Shown piece by piece: positions 1-12,451 of a DNA stretch of 64,000 bases. A program made the translations under genes and the position numbers. Under the pieces are notes generated by a model that saw nothing but the letters and a program-made list of their open reading frames with translations, was not told where the DNA came from and searched no databases. The stretch is from Octopus vulgaris. Taxonomy: Eukaryota. Every line of letters begins with the position of its first letter. Positions within the stretch are counted from its first letter, which is position 1. The stretch spans positions 5,766,001-5,830,000 of the forward strand of contig OX597818.1 in the NCBI GenBank assembly GCA_951406725.2. Reading direction: 5' to 3'.

Positions 1-348
1 TATATCTCTTTCTACGACTTTAATCTTTATTCCCATTCAACTATTGCACTATATTTCTCTATCCTTAGTTTTCTCCTAACTTCTTTCTTCCACCCCCTTC
101 TCTTTCTATAAATTGCCATTGACGTTATATCTATTAACGGTTTTTTTTAATGAAATAACTTACCAGCATTCCCTTCATCATATATGCAGTAATGAAATTC
201 GGTTTAAATGCCTTATTGTTTCTGATCTTTTCCCTGATGAGACATGATGTTTTACATCATTTTATTCCTTCCAGAATAATTCCAATGCTTTCTTCGACAT
301 ATATGTCGGAAGTATAAAGATTTGAATAATATCTGCGTTTAACTCCAT

Positions 349-387
<39 letters not shown>

Positions 388-726
388 TGTGATACAAAAA
401 CATTTCACTATACCCTGGAATTTCTACCTTTATAAGTAGGCTGTTACATCCTTGGTACTTTTCATTTTGAAGGCCAGATTTTTCTAGTTAACTAAACAAC
501 TTGAAACTTCGTATACTGGTAGAATGTGTCAAAAGAAAACATTAGTGTAAACAAAATTGAAAATAAAATTGTAATTCGTAACTTAAACGTAGTTTCATTT
601 TAAGAATTTTAACCAATGAAATCCCAACATCTTCGAATTTTAACCAATGAAATCCCAGCATTGCTGCGTTATCGATATTGATAAAGAAATATAGCAGACG
701 CACGACACACACACACACACACACAC

Positions 727-912
727 TCTCTCTCTCTCTCTCTCAAACACATGCATATACATTTGCACAAGCACATAGTAATCAATATATAAGCGTACAC
801 ACACATACAAACGACACACACACACAAACACTCTCTCTCTCTCAAACACATGCATATACATTTGCACAAGCACATAGTAATTAATATATAAGCGTACACA
901 CACATACAAACG
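727..912. repeat. Tandem duplication of a ~100-bp unit
   Basis: (CT)n-CAAACACATGCATATACATTTGCACAAGCACATAGTAAT..TATATAAGCGTACACACACATACAAACG occurs twice in a row. Confidence 0.8.
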
Positions 913-1024
913 GACATATACATACACACACATACGCACACAAGCATACAGTACACGTTCGTGTTTTGCCACTTGCCGCAACAAATTTGCATAAAAGGTA
1001 AATAAACCAGAAGAGGGGGGCAAT

Positions 1025-1078
1025 GTTTCATCGTTTCGGGGTCGATAGTTTAAGTACCAGTTACGCACTGGTGTCGAG
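1025..1078 (+). mobile_element. SINE fragment (family B, Nin/Deu-like core)
   Basis: TTTCATCGTTTCGGGGTCGATAGTTTAAGTACCAGTTACGCACTGG matches the core of the copies at 3246 and 26299. Confidence 0.6.
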
Positions 1079-1795
1079 GATTTTTTTCCCAATTTATATC
1101 ACAGCTTCCGACAAGCTGGGGGCATCCTTTTATGAAAAAATATTTCGCAAATTTTTACAATACTACTCACACACCACACGCAAACTCGAGACCGATTTAG
1201 GCATATTATTGTTTTGTTTTTGTTGTTTCTGGCCCTTCAAAACTATGGGAGAAGCCTTTTTGGTAAAAAAAAAGAAAAGAAAATATTCAAAAAATATCGT
1301 TAATATTTTTATTGGGCGACGAAATTAATCGATTTAAGAGATACAGCTGTTATTTCTAGCACATGTAGAAGACAGAAGAAGAGGTAAATAATTTGAGCTC
1401 GAATGCTGCGATTTCATTGGTTAAAATTCTTAAAATTAAACTACGTTTCAAAATGAAAAGATCCCTTTCTTGTCTTGAGGCTCAAGCCAAACGGCTGGGT
1501 GGATTCGCGTGAAAAAGGGCACACATATGGAGACGGGTGCATCGATTATAATGCGGTTTGTATTTTTCCCTAGCCCCTATAGTTACCGAGAAAATCGATT
1601 GAAACCTTTTTCTAATGGAATTCCCCTCTTTGTTCCGCCATTAAAACAACCAGTTGCTCACACAGCCGGCATATACCATTTCGCTTTCAACAAGAGGAGT
1701 ACAGGATGACACTCAGCCCAAACCTTCGATATGCCGTCTCTATTCTTTTACCTCTTTGTGAGGTTAATAATCTTAATCTTTTTTCTCAACCTCTT

Positions 1796-1861
<66 letters not shown>

Positions 1862-1919
1862 CCATGTCATATATCTTCTTTCAATTTCTGCTCACTGCAA
1901 ATAAAATTTTTAAGGATAC

Positions 1920-2064
1920 ATCTACTTACAAAAATAGGGATTAATGTATAATTTCTTTCTATGTTCACAATTTAATCAATGTTTTAATGATTAGCCAGAG
2001 GTCCAATAGAATAGCTCTCAGAAATGTTCATGCATTTGGGGGCTCCAAAGGTTGAGAAACGCTG
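1920..2064. mobile_element. Possible end of a hAT (Charlie-like) non-autonomous element
   Basis: Ends in AAAGGTTGAGAAACGCTG, the reverse complement of a CAGxGTTTCTCAACC-type hAT terminus. The partner TIR is not clear. Confidence 0.35.
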
Positions 2065-2074
2065 TTATAGATTA

Positions 2075-2141
2075 TGCCTAACCGAAAACGATCACAGCCA
2101 CATCATCCAAACAGACCGGGTGAAGCTGGGCTTAGCTGCTA

Positions 2142-2142
<1 letters not shown>
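2075..2142 (+). mobile_element. Helitron-like 3' terminus
   Basis: Short GC-rich imperfect hairpin CCGGGTGAAGCTGGG followed a few nt later by CTAG|T, then (TA)n. Confidence 0.4.
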
Positions 2143-2199
<57 letters not shown>

Positions 2200-2385
2200 A
2201 ATAAGTATACATATATGTATATATTTATACATAATACATATATATACAAGCACACATATACACACGCGCACAAAACACATACAAACACCCAAAAATACAG
2301 GCATACAATGACATGCAACTATATACACATAAACACCCATATATACATAAGCATTACATAACAAACGTACAAACCATCTTCTTAT

Positions 2386-2547
2386 CACAGTAGTGGATGT
2401 ATAGTAAGAAGCTTGCTTTACTACCACATGGTTTCCGGGTTCTGTCCCACTGCTTGACACATTCAGCAATTGTCTTCTACTATAGCCTCGGGCTGATGAA
2501 AGGCCTGTGAGTGGATTTGATATACAGAAATTGAAAGAAGCTCGTCG
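2386..2547 (+). mobile_element. tRNA-derived SINE, family A (octopus OK/OR-type), 5' half
   Basis: B-box-like GGTTCTGTCCC, then CTTCTACTATAGCCTCGGGC..GTGAGTGGATTTG..GAAAGAAGCTCGTCG, shared with copies at 25098, 27096 and 43808. Confidence 0.8.
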
Positions 2548-3245
2548 TATACACACACACACACACAGACACACACACACACAAATGTATATATGTATAT
2601 GACCTACAAGCACATTGTAGTATTTGCTCCTTTCTTATGGGCAGAATCCGCTCAACTGATATATAGTTAATGGAATAATGAAAGTTATTTTGAAGGGCAA
2701 TGTTTATATTTGCGTGGGTTTGCCTGAAGTGTTTTCTATTCTTCAGAAAGATCGAAAACTATTTATTGTTTTATCGTATTAAAAGTAGGTGTGGGGTTAA
2801 TACGATTTTGCTCAGAAATGTGTGAAACATCGGACAAAAGTGATACATTAGAAACAAATTTAAAAATTGTCCGAAAATTACCTCAAATATGTGCAACCCA
2901 ACCTTGTTGACGATCTTATTTTAGTTGTAAAAAAGAGTTGTTGAGTCAAAAACATAGTTTATTTGGTGGATATATAATAAGCAGCTTTCTCTATTATAAT
3001 ACACATGTGACTAATTCGGAGAAACATTACTTTCTTTATTCACACGTCGTCAGTTTTGTAATGCAACACTTTGTAATTTTGGTTCAAATTAAAAATGTGA
3101 AACTGTTTACATTTTGTAATGAAACCTGGTCGTTGTAGGGAAGTGTATTTGAAATAACTATAGCTGGTTATTGAGATAACATAGAAAATATGTAAATGAA
3201 AATAAAGTTTATTTGACATGTGTAATTGCTTTGATTGTTCTGGAA

Positions 3246-3474
3246 GGCGGCGAGCTGGCAGAATCGTTAGCATGCAGGGCAAAATGCTTGAGCGGTATTT
3301 CACATGTCATTCCGTTCTGACTTGAAATGGCGACGGGGTCAACTTTGCCCTTTATCCTTTCGGGCTCGATAAATTAAGGAATATGAGACAAATTAAGTAC
3401 CATGAGACACTGAGGTCGATGTAATCTACTGGTCCCCACCCCGACATGTCAGGCCTTGTGCCTATAGTAGAAAG
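3246..3474 (+). mobile_element. tRNA-derived SINE, family B (Nin/Deu-like core), near full length
   Basis: GGCGGCGAGCTGGCAGAATCGTTAGC head and TTTGCCCTTTATCCTTTCGGGCTCGATAAATTAAG core. Paralogs at 13663, 26299 and 45530. Confidence 0.8.
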
Positions 3475-5154
3475 TACTTGATTGTTCTGGTCTTAACATC
3501 AGTTGGTAAGAATAGAAGACATTTGATGACACCCTTTTGTTTGTAATTTTATATCCTGTTGCAGGAATATTGAAATGATACGCATCTTGTTCATTCCACA
3601 AAATAAGAGTATACTGTAGGGCATCAAAAGAAGGATGAGTCTGTGAAACACGTTAAAGTTTGATAACTCGAACACGAATAAGAATATCATGATTTTCAAT
3701 GGGATCGCCAACCATAAGGATGGCTACTTCATTAGATGTGAGCTCATTAAAAGAGCGTAAAACGTTCGTTACTATAGTTTAATATAGACGTAACGAACGC
3801 AAAAACAAACACATACACGCACACACACACTCATAGAATTGATAATATTGAAAACAGCAAAATGTACACACACTAATTTAAAGCGAAACGAAATGTAGTC
3901 AATATAGGTGCAAAACAATTTCTGAAGCATAGTTATGCTATAAAAAAATGGCAAGTCACCAATTTAGCAAAAGTTAGTATGCATCACCAATGTAAGAATG
4001 TACCTAAAGTCAGCATATATTTGGTACACGTACTAAATATTATAAAATTCACGATTGAATGAATGTCACGGTGAAGAAAGTGAAAGTGCAAGAAAATCAG
4101 AAGGCATAATTCAATTTTTCATGCAAAAAACTTATTTTACAATATTTAAAAGAACGCTGAACCAACTCTCTAAGAAGGAAGATGTTGTTGTTGTGAACGT
4201 TAATTTAAAATATTTGCGGGGGGATGTATGTAGCAAGATATAAATTAATTTGACATTACTATATATTTTTGAACTATGTAACGTTATACTCTGTAGAATA
4301 AATGCTAACTAGCTCAGTAAAAACGTTGTACGACGTTGATATTCACAGTGATGAAAAACACGAGGACTGTTACAAAAATCATTATCTTGAAACTGGTTAG
4401 AACGAGTGGAATAGCATTTCTGTAATTATATTAAAAGAGCGGTTGAGGCTTTCTACTTCGCCAAGTTCCGGAATTGGTTATAATAACCAGAATAATATTT
4501 TTTCAGATATATTTGTAAGATTTGTGAGTGGTGTTAAATCAGCCAAATTTTCATGTTGATAGTACTTGAAAGTGAAATTTTCATGTTGATAGTACTTTAT
4601 TTGTTTTTAAGTCCAAGCCGTAAGTAAACTTACAATATCGGCTCGTTTCACTGTTGGTGGGGTGAGTTACATACATAAACTAAGAGAGAGGTACACACAC
4701 ACACGTATATTAATGCACACCTAAAGCGTATCTCCGTCCCTATGGGTGTTTGAGTCGGTCTTTAGATGCGTGTATGTGTATGTCAGTCGTCACAAATATG
4801 TATATATGCTGACAGACACATGCAACGTCACACATATATCCTTGTCCGTCATCGGACTAACGTATGTAAAGAACATTCGAGCACACTGATATAGAAAATA
4901 TGACATCATCGTCGTTGTGGTGGCGATATAAAATGTCGTGTACGATAGGTGACTAAAGGAAAAATTATGATGTTAAATTTTTGTAATGCAAATATGGGAA
5001 TGAAAATATAGTTTAGTTGGTAGTCAAAAGCTTATTGAATTTTTTCATAACCCTAACGTCAAAGTCGGAAACTCGGTTTTGAATGGATAAGGAACATACG
5101 CACACGCACATATACTAACTCTCTTTTATAGTTATAGTTATATATATATGTGTG

Positions 5155-5395
5155 TGTGTGTGTCTGTTTGTGTGTGTGTGTGTATATATGTCAGTGTCAA
5201 TATTTGTCCCACAACCATCTCTTGAGAATGGTTGTTGGTGTTTTTACGTGACGTAACATAGCGGTTCGGCAAAAGAAATCAATAGAATAAGTACTAGGCT
5301 TACAAAATATAGGGTCTGAGGTCGATTAAAGGCGGTGTTCCAGCATGGCCACAATAACATGATAAACAATTAAATGAATATAAAGAATAAAAGAA
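5155..5395 (+). mobile_element. SINE family A, 3' half
   Basis: GCGGTTCGGCAAAAGA..ATAGAATAAGTACTAGGCTTACAAA..AAAGGCGGTGTTCCAGCATGGCC, as at 27250-27420. Confidence 0.8.
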
Positions 5396-5421
5396 TATAT
5401 ATGTATGTGTGGGCGCGTGTG

Positions 5422-5453
<32 letters not shown>

Positions 5454-6079
5454 TGTATGGATGGATGGATGGATGGATGGATGCATGTATGTATGTATGT
5501 ATGTATGTATGTATGCATGTATGCATGTATGTATGTACATTATCCATTCTTGAAAATTAATACGTGTAGACTTCACTGATCTTTAATTTTGAAATCCTTA
5601 TTTCGGTGCTATGATGTTGACAGCAATTGTGAAGCTTGGAAATGAAATGAGTTAAAGTAAATTATATATTTGCTAAATATAATTAATGTCATTCGTAATA
5701 TGTGTGCACTTTAGTTTACTGTTTTCCGTTACAAAGATATCACGTAGTCCATTCATAGTTATTCCAACGTATTTTTTGTAAAATATATTTTGACCTCTCA
5801 GGCTGTCCAAGCAAATACAATTCCCCTTAAAGCAAGCAATCGCTCAGAACGTTCTAAAATAGATCTTTTGTTTGCATTTTATACTGTTGAAAGGTATAGC
5901 CCTGCGAAAACCCACTCTGCTAAAATGAAACATGTTCCGTTCTTTAAAGAATGGAAATTCTGCGACACATTCATGAGAACACGATCAATCGTTTGTTTCA
6001 AATAATATTTTCCAGATTATATTCACTGATCACGAATGTCTATTTGTGTGTGAATATGTAATGAGGTCTGTATATATAT

Positions 6080-6143
<64 letters not shown>

Positions 6144-6177
6144 ATATACATTTACACACAAACACACACATATATAT

Positions 6178-6225
<48 letters not shown>

Positions 6226-6271
6226 CGTATATGTATACACAAATACACACACGTATGCGAACACACAAATA

Positions 6272-7120
6272 TACAGGGTGTGATGAATATATTGTCGCCT
6301 AAAGTACAAGAAAATGAAAAGAAGACTGACATCTCATTTAACAGATATAACTATCAAAATTACACAAAATCATCTTGAAATCATCATTATTCAATAACAT
6401 CATCATTACCTTCATCTCCGCCTCCAGACGACTTCGGAATCTCTTGCAACTCTTGTTTATGACTCCTTGTTTATGTTGGTGAATGCTGTCATTATCCGTT
6501 AGTGTTACAAGGAGTTATTTTGGTCTTTGGACTGCAGCTCACACATAACAATCAAGAGGATTGCAATCTGGATAGGTAGGATATTAGTCAGATATTAGAA
6601 GTGATGTGGTCGCAGACATTGTCTGACAGCCATGACTGGGTTCTCATGCTTGTGTGCCATCGAACAGATTCGTGTTGCCACACACAGGTTTTTCCAGCAG
6701 TTAGCCTCTTGACTCAGGGCAGCACTTCCACCTTCAGGCAAGTGATGTAAACTTTCATGGTGCGTCTGAGGCCGTGTGGGAAGATGAATGGAGGCATAAC
6801 GCCGCCATTAATAGTGATCACTTTAAACACCATGATGCTGACTGGAAGTTTGATTTTTATCACTCTAGGTACATGTCCTCAGACTGACACCAAAACACTC
6901 TGAAATGTTCGTATTAGATCTTCCGGCGCGAATGCGAAGCAGTACAACATGCCGTCTCCAAATTTGTAGCAGAGTGAATTGTGTCGTGTTGCTGTTGTTT
7001 TCACAGACCGTGCCCGACTGACTCTACTATACTGTGTTGTCGACAAAATGGAAAAAACACAATGCGCATGCACGAAATGAATAAATATAAATGGCGCCAA
7101 TTTACTCATCTCAGTTTGTC
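6272..7120 (-). mobile_element. Degenerate, internally deleted Tc1/mariner-superfamily (maT/DD37D-like) transposon
   Basis: Imperfect TIRs TACAGGGTGTGATGAATATATTGTCGCC / GGCGCCAATTTACTCATCTCAGTTTGT. Minus-strand remnants KIKLPVSIMVF, WQHESVRWHTS (cf. WQQDSAPCHTS) and YPDCNPLDCYV (cf. SPDCNPLDYYVW). Confidence 0.75.
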
Positions 7121-7519
7121 TTTATACATTAGCTTGAGCACATATTTATCTGCAAATTTATGTGTTCTATTTCAACATTTCCCTTTTCTCTCATTTATAT
7201 TCATCTACACATACGATAGGCATAACAGGTACAAGTATATGCATATTCACAAAATGTAAACATAAATAAATTCAAGCTTTACCATGCCACCCTCTGTATA
7301 TCTCTCTAATTGTCTTTTTTGTCTGGTTTTCTCGTTTTTCTCCTTTTCACTTTTTCACGCACATGCACAAGAATACAGACCCATGCTCACATGCATAAGC
7401 ACATATGAACATAAAATGAACTACTTTGTGTCACTGTATATCATTGTGATTCATCCATTTTAAATATTTATTTGAATGTTGTATTCCTACCTCAATTACT
7501 TACAAGACGTGTAATTTAT

Positions 7520-8310
7520 TCAAATGTATTTTTTCCTTTACATATTCACCTAGATGGAGTAGATAACACGACCAACTTTTATTAATGTTTTGCACTGCAT
7601 TTTTTGCATTTTATTAAACCGTTGTTGCAAGTGTGTTAAGATAGAGAATTAAAGTCTTTGAGAATATAATATAATGGTCAAAATGAATTAAAGAAAGAAT
7701 ATAAAAGATAGAGATTGCTGTCCGATTGAAAAAAGCAGAAGCGAAATGGAAGTATTTATGCGTTCGATACTGGGCAGAGGATAAGTGAAGTGTGTACAAT
7801 GCTGATACATACATACTTACATTCCTCGCTATTCACTATATAATTTAGTTATTGTATGTTTACTATTAATACCGATACAGATGTACATAGATTTATGTTT
7901 CTTGTAGTTTAATTTTAAAGTTAGTGTTTAATCCTGCCTATATTTAGATTGAATGAATGTGGTTATAAAGCTTTCAGATTTATATTATACTATGGAAGAC
8001 TGTAGGTAATATTTTATGTATGACTTAAAGGTTTGGTCGCTGTTTAGTTACATATTTAGGAGTTAGTTACGGGTTTATTTATTGAATTTATTTACCAATA
8101 CTGTTGTACATAGGGTAAATGTATTTGGAAGTAATGGTTTCTTTGGTATATTTCTTGCCAATCAACACTTATTTTAGTGCTGTTGGCACCGCCGGATTGA
8201 ATGATACTGCCAAAGTGTTCAAGTCATAATAATATTCGTGGGGCAGCTGGTAATCGAGGTATGTTGAATTGTTGGTATGCCTGTTTTTGTATATATGGAA
8301 TACTATTACA
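7520..8310 (-). mobile_element. Highly decayed Penelope-like 3' (GIY-YIG) remnant
   Basis: Scattered minus-strand motifs (IPYI; KKYTKET resembling KKYIGET; NLN) in the expected order, with no open frame. Confidence 0.3.
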
Positions 8311-10068
8311 ACACATTCTTTTGATACATACATTCATACATACACACACACATTTATGATTATAAGGAGAAAATGATTTTCTCTAATGCATATACTTCTC
8401 TTCGAAGTATATATATATATATACATGAAGTGGAAAACAACGTGGAAAATAGTACTCGATTATCAACGGTAGAGTAATATACTATCTGACGCACGGGATC
8501 GTGAAACCTAAGCTACAGTTCTGTGATATTTTAGTACTGGTTTCAGTTTTTGCGACTTTTTTAAATTAGAGAAAAGCATGAGAAAGAATTAAATTGTAGG
8601 AAAAGTAAATGAAATGCTTTTTAAAATATTTCTATAGTTTTCAAATACAAGTGACATCTTCCTTTTCTCTCACACACTCTCTTTCTCCTTTACTCTTGTG
8701 AATGCTTGGTAGTAGGTATTAGCAGTCCTAAAAGAATATTCGATACGAGTTCTTGGATTTGATTGTTTAAGCTATAGTAGTCGAGGAAGGTAGCGGCGAA
8801 GAAGAAGAGGAGGAGAAGGAAGGCGTAGATAAAGAAGACGAGGGAGTAGAAGAAGATGAAGAAGGGAGAGTAGAAGTAGTAGTAGAAGAAGAAGAAGAAG
8901 AAGAAGAAGAAGAAAATACGGGAGTGGTATGGCAGTAGTAGGATGTTGGTGGAATCCTCTTAAATGGTCAAGTGACCTAAAAGTGACCTGTTGTACTTGT
9001 AATAGTAGTATTTGGAATGGTTCTGAATAAATTCATGGGTAGTGACTCTTTTGAATATATCGTTTTTAATATTTGCGTGGGTATTATTGTGAGGACCTTA
9101 TAATAGTGTGATTTATGGTGGACGCATTCAAAAACAGGTGTGTATTTTGTGATAAAATATTGTTATGGTTTGGCTAGTGCAGTATTTCTTGACCCACTTT
9201 TTGGGAGTGGCGCCGGCACGTCTGGAAGAAAAGCAACATCCCTTTGTTTAGTGGAAGAGTAATGGCTTTTTGGAGGGACCTTTTGGCCTTGTGCGGTCGA
9301 TTGGGGGTCAAAGAGATGTGAGGGCCGAGGAAGAGGAAAGTAGTAAGAAAGGAATCTGAGAGCAGATAGAGAGGATGACGGCAGCAGCGCCGATAAAGAT
9401 AGGGACATAGGACTAGGCGGGATAGAGAGAGTATAAGGCTAAGAGACAGATTGAGGATAAAGACAGGCAGAGAGTATAGCAGAGCTAAGGGAGAGAGTGA
9501 TTGCGAGAGAGAGATTAGGGTAGTGGCAAGGACAGAGCAAGTGAGGTTTTTGGACAGTCGGATTTTGGTCGTCAAGGCGAGCAGTTGGGAATTCGGGGCA
9601 AGAGCTTGGCAAGTTGGAGTTAGCGGTGCTGGGAGGGATGTGAAGTGCAATATGGGACACTGGCTATTCTAATTAGGAATTAAGGTACGTGAATTGTGTA
9701 TTGATATGTGTAGAAAAAGAAGGACAAGGAATCGAAATGAACAGTGAAAAGAAATGAGACAGTGAAAAGAACATTGTGAATTGAGAAAAGGACTTGTCGA
9801 TGTGTCGATTATTGAGTTGTGGTATTTATGTTCAGAATTGTGTTGATACATGTTACAAAAGAAAATAGAAAAAGACTTTAAAGAACTGTGAACGTTATCT
9901 GTTGATGTGATTTGAAAAAAAACTGTGTTTTCGGACGTGTACCTTTGAAATGCTGATGCATTGACCTTGTTGTGTCGTTACCGGACGGTTATATTGTTAC
10001 TTGCATGTTTGAGTGCTTTGATCTGTTGTATACCTGTATTGATTTGTTGTTTCCTTTAAATGCTTTGA

Positions 10069-10262
10069 TGTTGTAACAATTGATTGTCATATAAACTAGT
10101 TGTTAAATGTAAGCCAGTTGTTGCCTTGCCGTTTTGTGTCTCTCTCGGTTGCCTCTGTATCTCTCTGTGCTGCTGCTGTTGTTGTTGTATCTCTCTCTCC
10201 TCTCCTGGGTTCCGTGGCGAACTTGCCCGTCCGGGCGAGCGACGACGGGTGATTCCGTAACA
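10069..10262. mobile_element. 194-bp solo-LTR/TRIM-like insertion in the PLE endonuclease tail
   Basis: Termini TGTT...AACA. It splits the minus-strand PLE motif RISKGSY / IKAFK and is GC-richer than the flanks. No clear TSD. Confidence 0.45.
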
Positions 10263-11420
10263 ATATGATCCTTTGCTAATGCGTTGATTATAGATTGGAA
10301 CATCGCTGAATTTATAGAGGGGAAAACTTCTGAAGCCGGGTTGTTCGTTAGTGGCGCAAATGTTGATGTGTTCGCTGAGTGCTATTCTTCTATATTCCCG
10401 AATTTTGATCTGGGACCTATGTAGAGTCATCCTTTGACGTAGACTAATTTTTGTTTGGCCTATATATTGTTCTCGACACACTGAGCAAGTTAATACATAT
10501 ATAATAATATAAGGTCTTCCGAATCACATGTGAACTTGTTTTTTACTGTAAAACGTTACGTCGACCCTGTTTGAAAGAAAACTCCTATCCCTCAATTAGG
10601 TTGACGCACATACCACAGTTAGGTCTTCCGCATTTGTTTTTAATGGCGGCTTCAGTGTTGTTGGGCTTGTGTTAGGAGACTTTTCATAGATTTGGTTTGT
10701 TGTTTGCTCTTTATGGGGGGAGGGGTGCGTTTGGAGGATTAATTTCATTCTGTGGTCCATTTTTAGTAACTGAATGTTCTGGAGGATGGTGTCGAAGGCT
10801 TCATTGTTAAGGGAGTTGTATTTGGACATGTACGGTAAGGCTTTTGGTTGTAAATACTTCTTTGGTTTGGGATGTCTGAGTTCGTAGATGTTGAGTTGTA
10901 GGGCACGTTGAAAGCCTATACCAATTAGGGATTGTGGATAGTTCCTGATAATGAGTGTATCCCTTAGTTTATATAGTCGTGTGTCCCTGGAGTCTGTACA
11001 AATACTTTATGCTAGATTGAAGAGGATATTCATTCTAGTGTGTCTGGGGTGGCATGAGTTGCACAGTAGATATTGCTTGGAGTCCGTGGGCTGTTTCTAT
11101 TGTTTCTACTTTGTTGTTGGATTTTTTAATGAGGATGTCGAAGAAAGGGAATTTTTGATGGCTCTATTCCATCATAAATTGAATGTTTACTGCAAGTCCA
11201 TTTATAAGTGCTTGAAATTCTTTAAGTCTCTCCATACGTTCATGCCAAAGAATGAAACAGTCATCCAGATACCTCTTCCAGTGATTTTCTATGTAGAGGC
11301 AGAATTCGTTGTCGTATTTTTCTAGTACATTACGATAAAGACTAAATTCTAGATATCCCATGCCTATGTTAGAAAAGGAGGGAGCAATTCTCGCACCCAT
11401 CGCAGTCCCCGATGTTTGTC
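10263..11420 (-). pseudogene. Disrupted PLE reverse transcriptase + GIY-YIG endonuclease
   Basis: GTAMGARIAPSFSNIGMGYLE, WKRYLDDCFILW, TDSKQYLLCNSCHP, Cys motif KCGRPNCG, ITCSVCREQYIGQTKISLRQRMTLHRSQI. Several frameshifts. Confidence 0.9.
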
Positions 11421-11449
11421 GAAGTTATTCTTCATGAATAACTACGAAT

Positions 11450-12060
11450 TCTGCCATTCCTTTTCTCACCATCTCAACTTCAAATAATTGTATAACTATA
11501 ATCCCTAAACTTTACACAAACTATATAAAAACTAAACTGATCACCCTTCAATTACTGTGTATCTGGCTCCTCCCATTCATCAACCCTACTCTCCACCTCT
11601 AATACCACCTTCCTTGATACCTCATTATTAAATCCTCCCACTTATTGAAATAGCTCTCTTATCTCTTCTCACCATTCCTTGCCTTAACACTCGCTACAAC
11701 CGTACCGACCCTCCTACTTCTCCCCTTTAATGCGGCTAGCTATCGATATTTAGTCATTCCATGTTTGAACTTCTCAGCAGTAAGATCTGAAATGCACGAT
11801 CTTTTCTAACCAAATGATGGAGGCTCACCTTATCCATTGCTCATTGCTTCTATTACGGCAGCATATCGTGATGAACTACATCTACAAACACTGTGGTGAC
11901 TCGTAGAGCCAACAGAAACAGCTGTTGGACTTACATCACCTTTCTTCCACCCCTTTAACTTTGTCGATTGTAGTCTGTGTAAGTTGGATCAATTAATATA
12001 AATATCTGTTTATTCACCGTCTGAGAGTCTCCATATTTTACTTTCTCTCATTTTGCATGT
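11450..12060 (+). mobile_element. Decayed PLE-like 3' region, opposite orientation to the adjacent PLE
   Basis: LIEIALLS..LN-like remnant, GAAACAGCTGTTGGAC motif and a terminal segment running into a TA-rich tract. Confidence 0.3.
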
Positions 12061-12189
12061 ATACATATATACATATAGTTTTTTTATAACCAAACTGTTA
12101 TATTTAATTCATCTAGTTTGTTTATCCCCATATTTGCCACATATATTTATGTATATATGCATATGTGTCTCTCTTTATGGGTCTCAATG

Positions 12190-12372
12190 AACCACACCAC
12201 TGCTTGGTAACCTGTATTGATCTGAACACGTCCACGTGAAAGAGTGGTTCAGCATAAGGTACAGATGCAATAACACCTAAAGAAAAGAAATACTGGGTCA
12301 ATTTATTGGACTGAAGACGTCAAGGCGGTGCGTGAGTATTGCTACACTTCAAAGACTGAAACAAGTAAATGT
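12190..12372 (+). mobile_element. SINE family A, decayed 3' half
   Basis: GTGGTTCAGCA..AAATACTGGGTCAATTT..TCAAGGCGGTG..GACTGAAACAAGTAAA. Confidence 0.55.
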
Positions 12373-12411
12373 TAAAAACTCTGTGTGTGCGTTTATGCAT
12401 CTCTGTGTGTG

Positions 12412-12451
<40 letters not shown>

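Larger units (their letters stand above)
454..1464. mobile_element. Non-autonomous TIR (MITE/foldback-like) element
   Basis: GGTACTTTTCATTTTGA (454-470) is the near reverse complement of TCAAAATGAAAAGATCC (~1448-1464). A second IR block, AAACGTAGTTTCATTTTAAGAATTTTAACCAATGAAATC (585-623), matches ~1410-1448 inverted. No coding capacity. Confidence 0.55.
8690..11425 (-). mobile_element. Penelope-like retroelement (Neptune-like), 5'-truncated, probably followed by the start of a second tandem unit
   Basis: RT and GIY-YIG remnants at 11420-10050. The 9850-8690 segment is a decayed S/P/L-rich region ending in an ...FTRVK-like motif, compatible with the PLE partial-tandem layout. That part is inferred. 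Confidence 0.7.
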
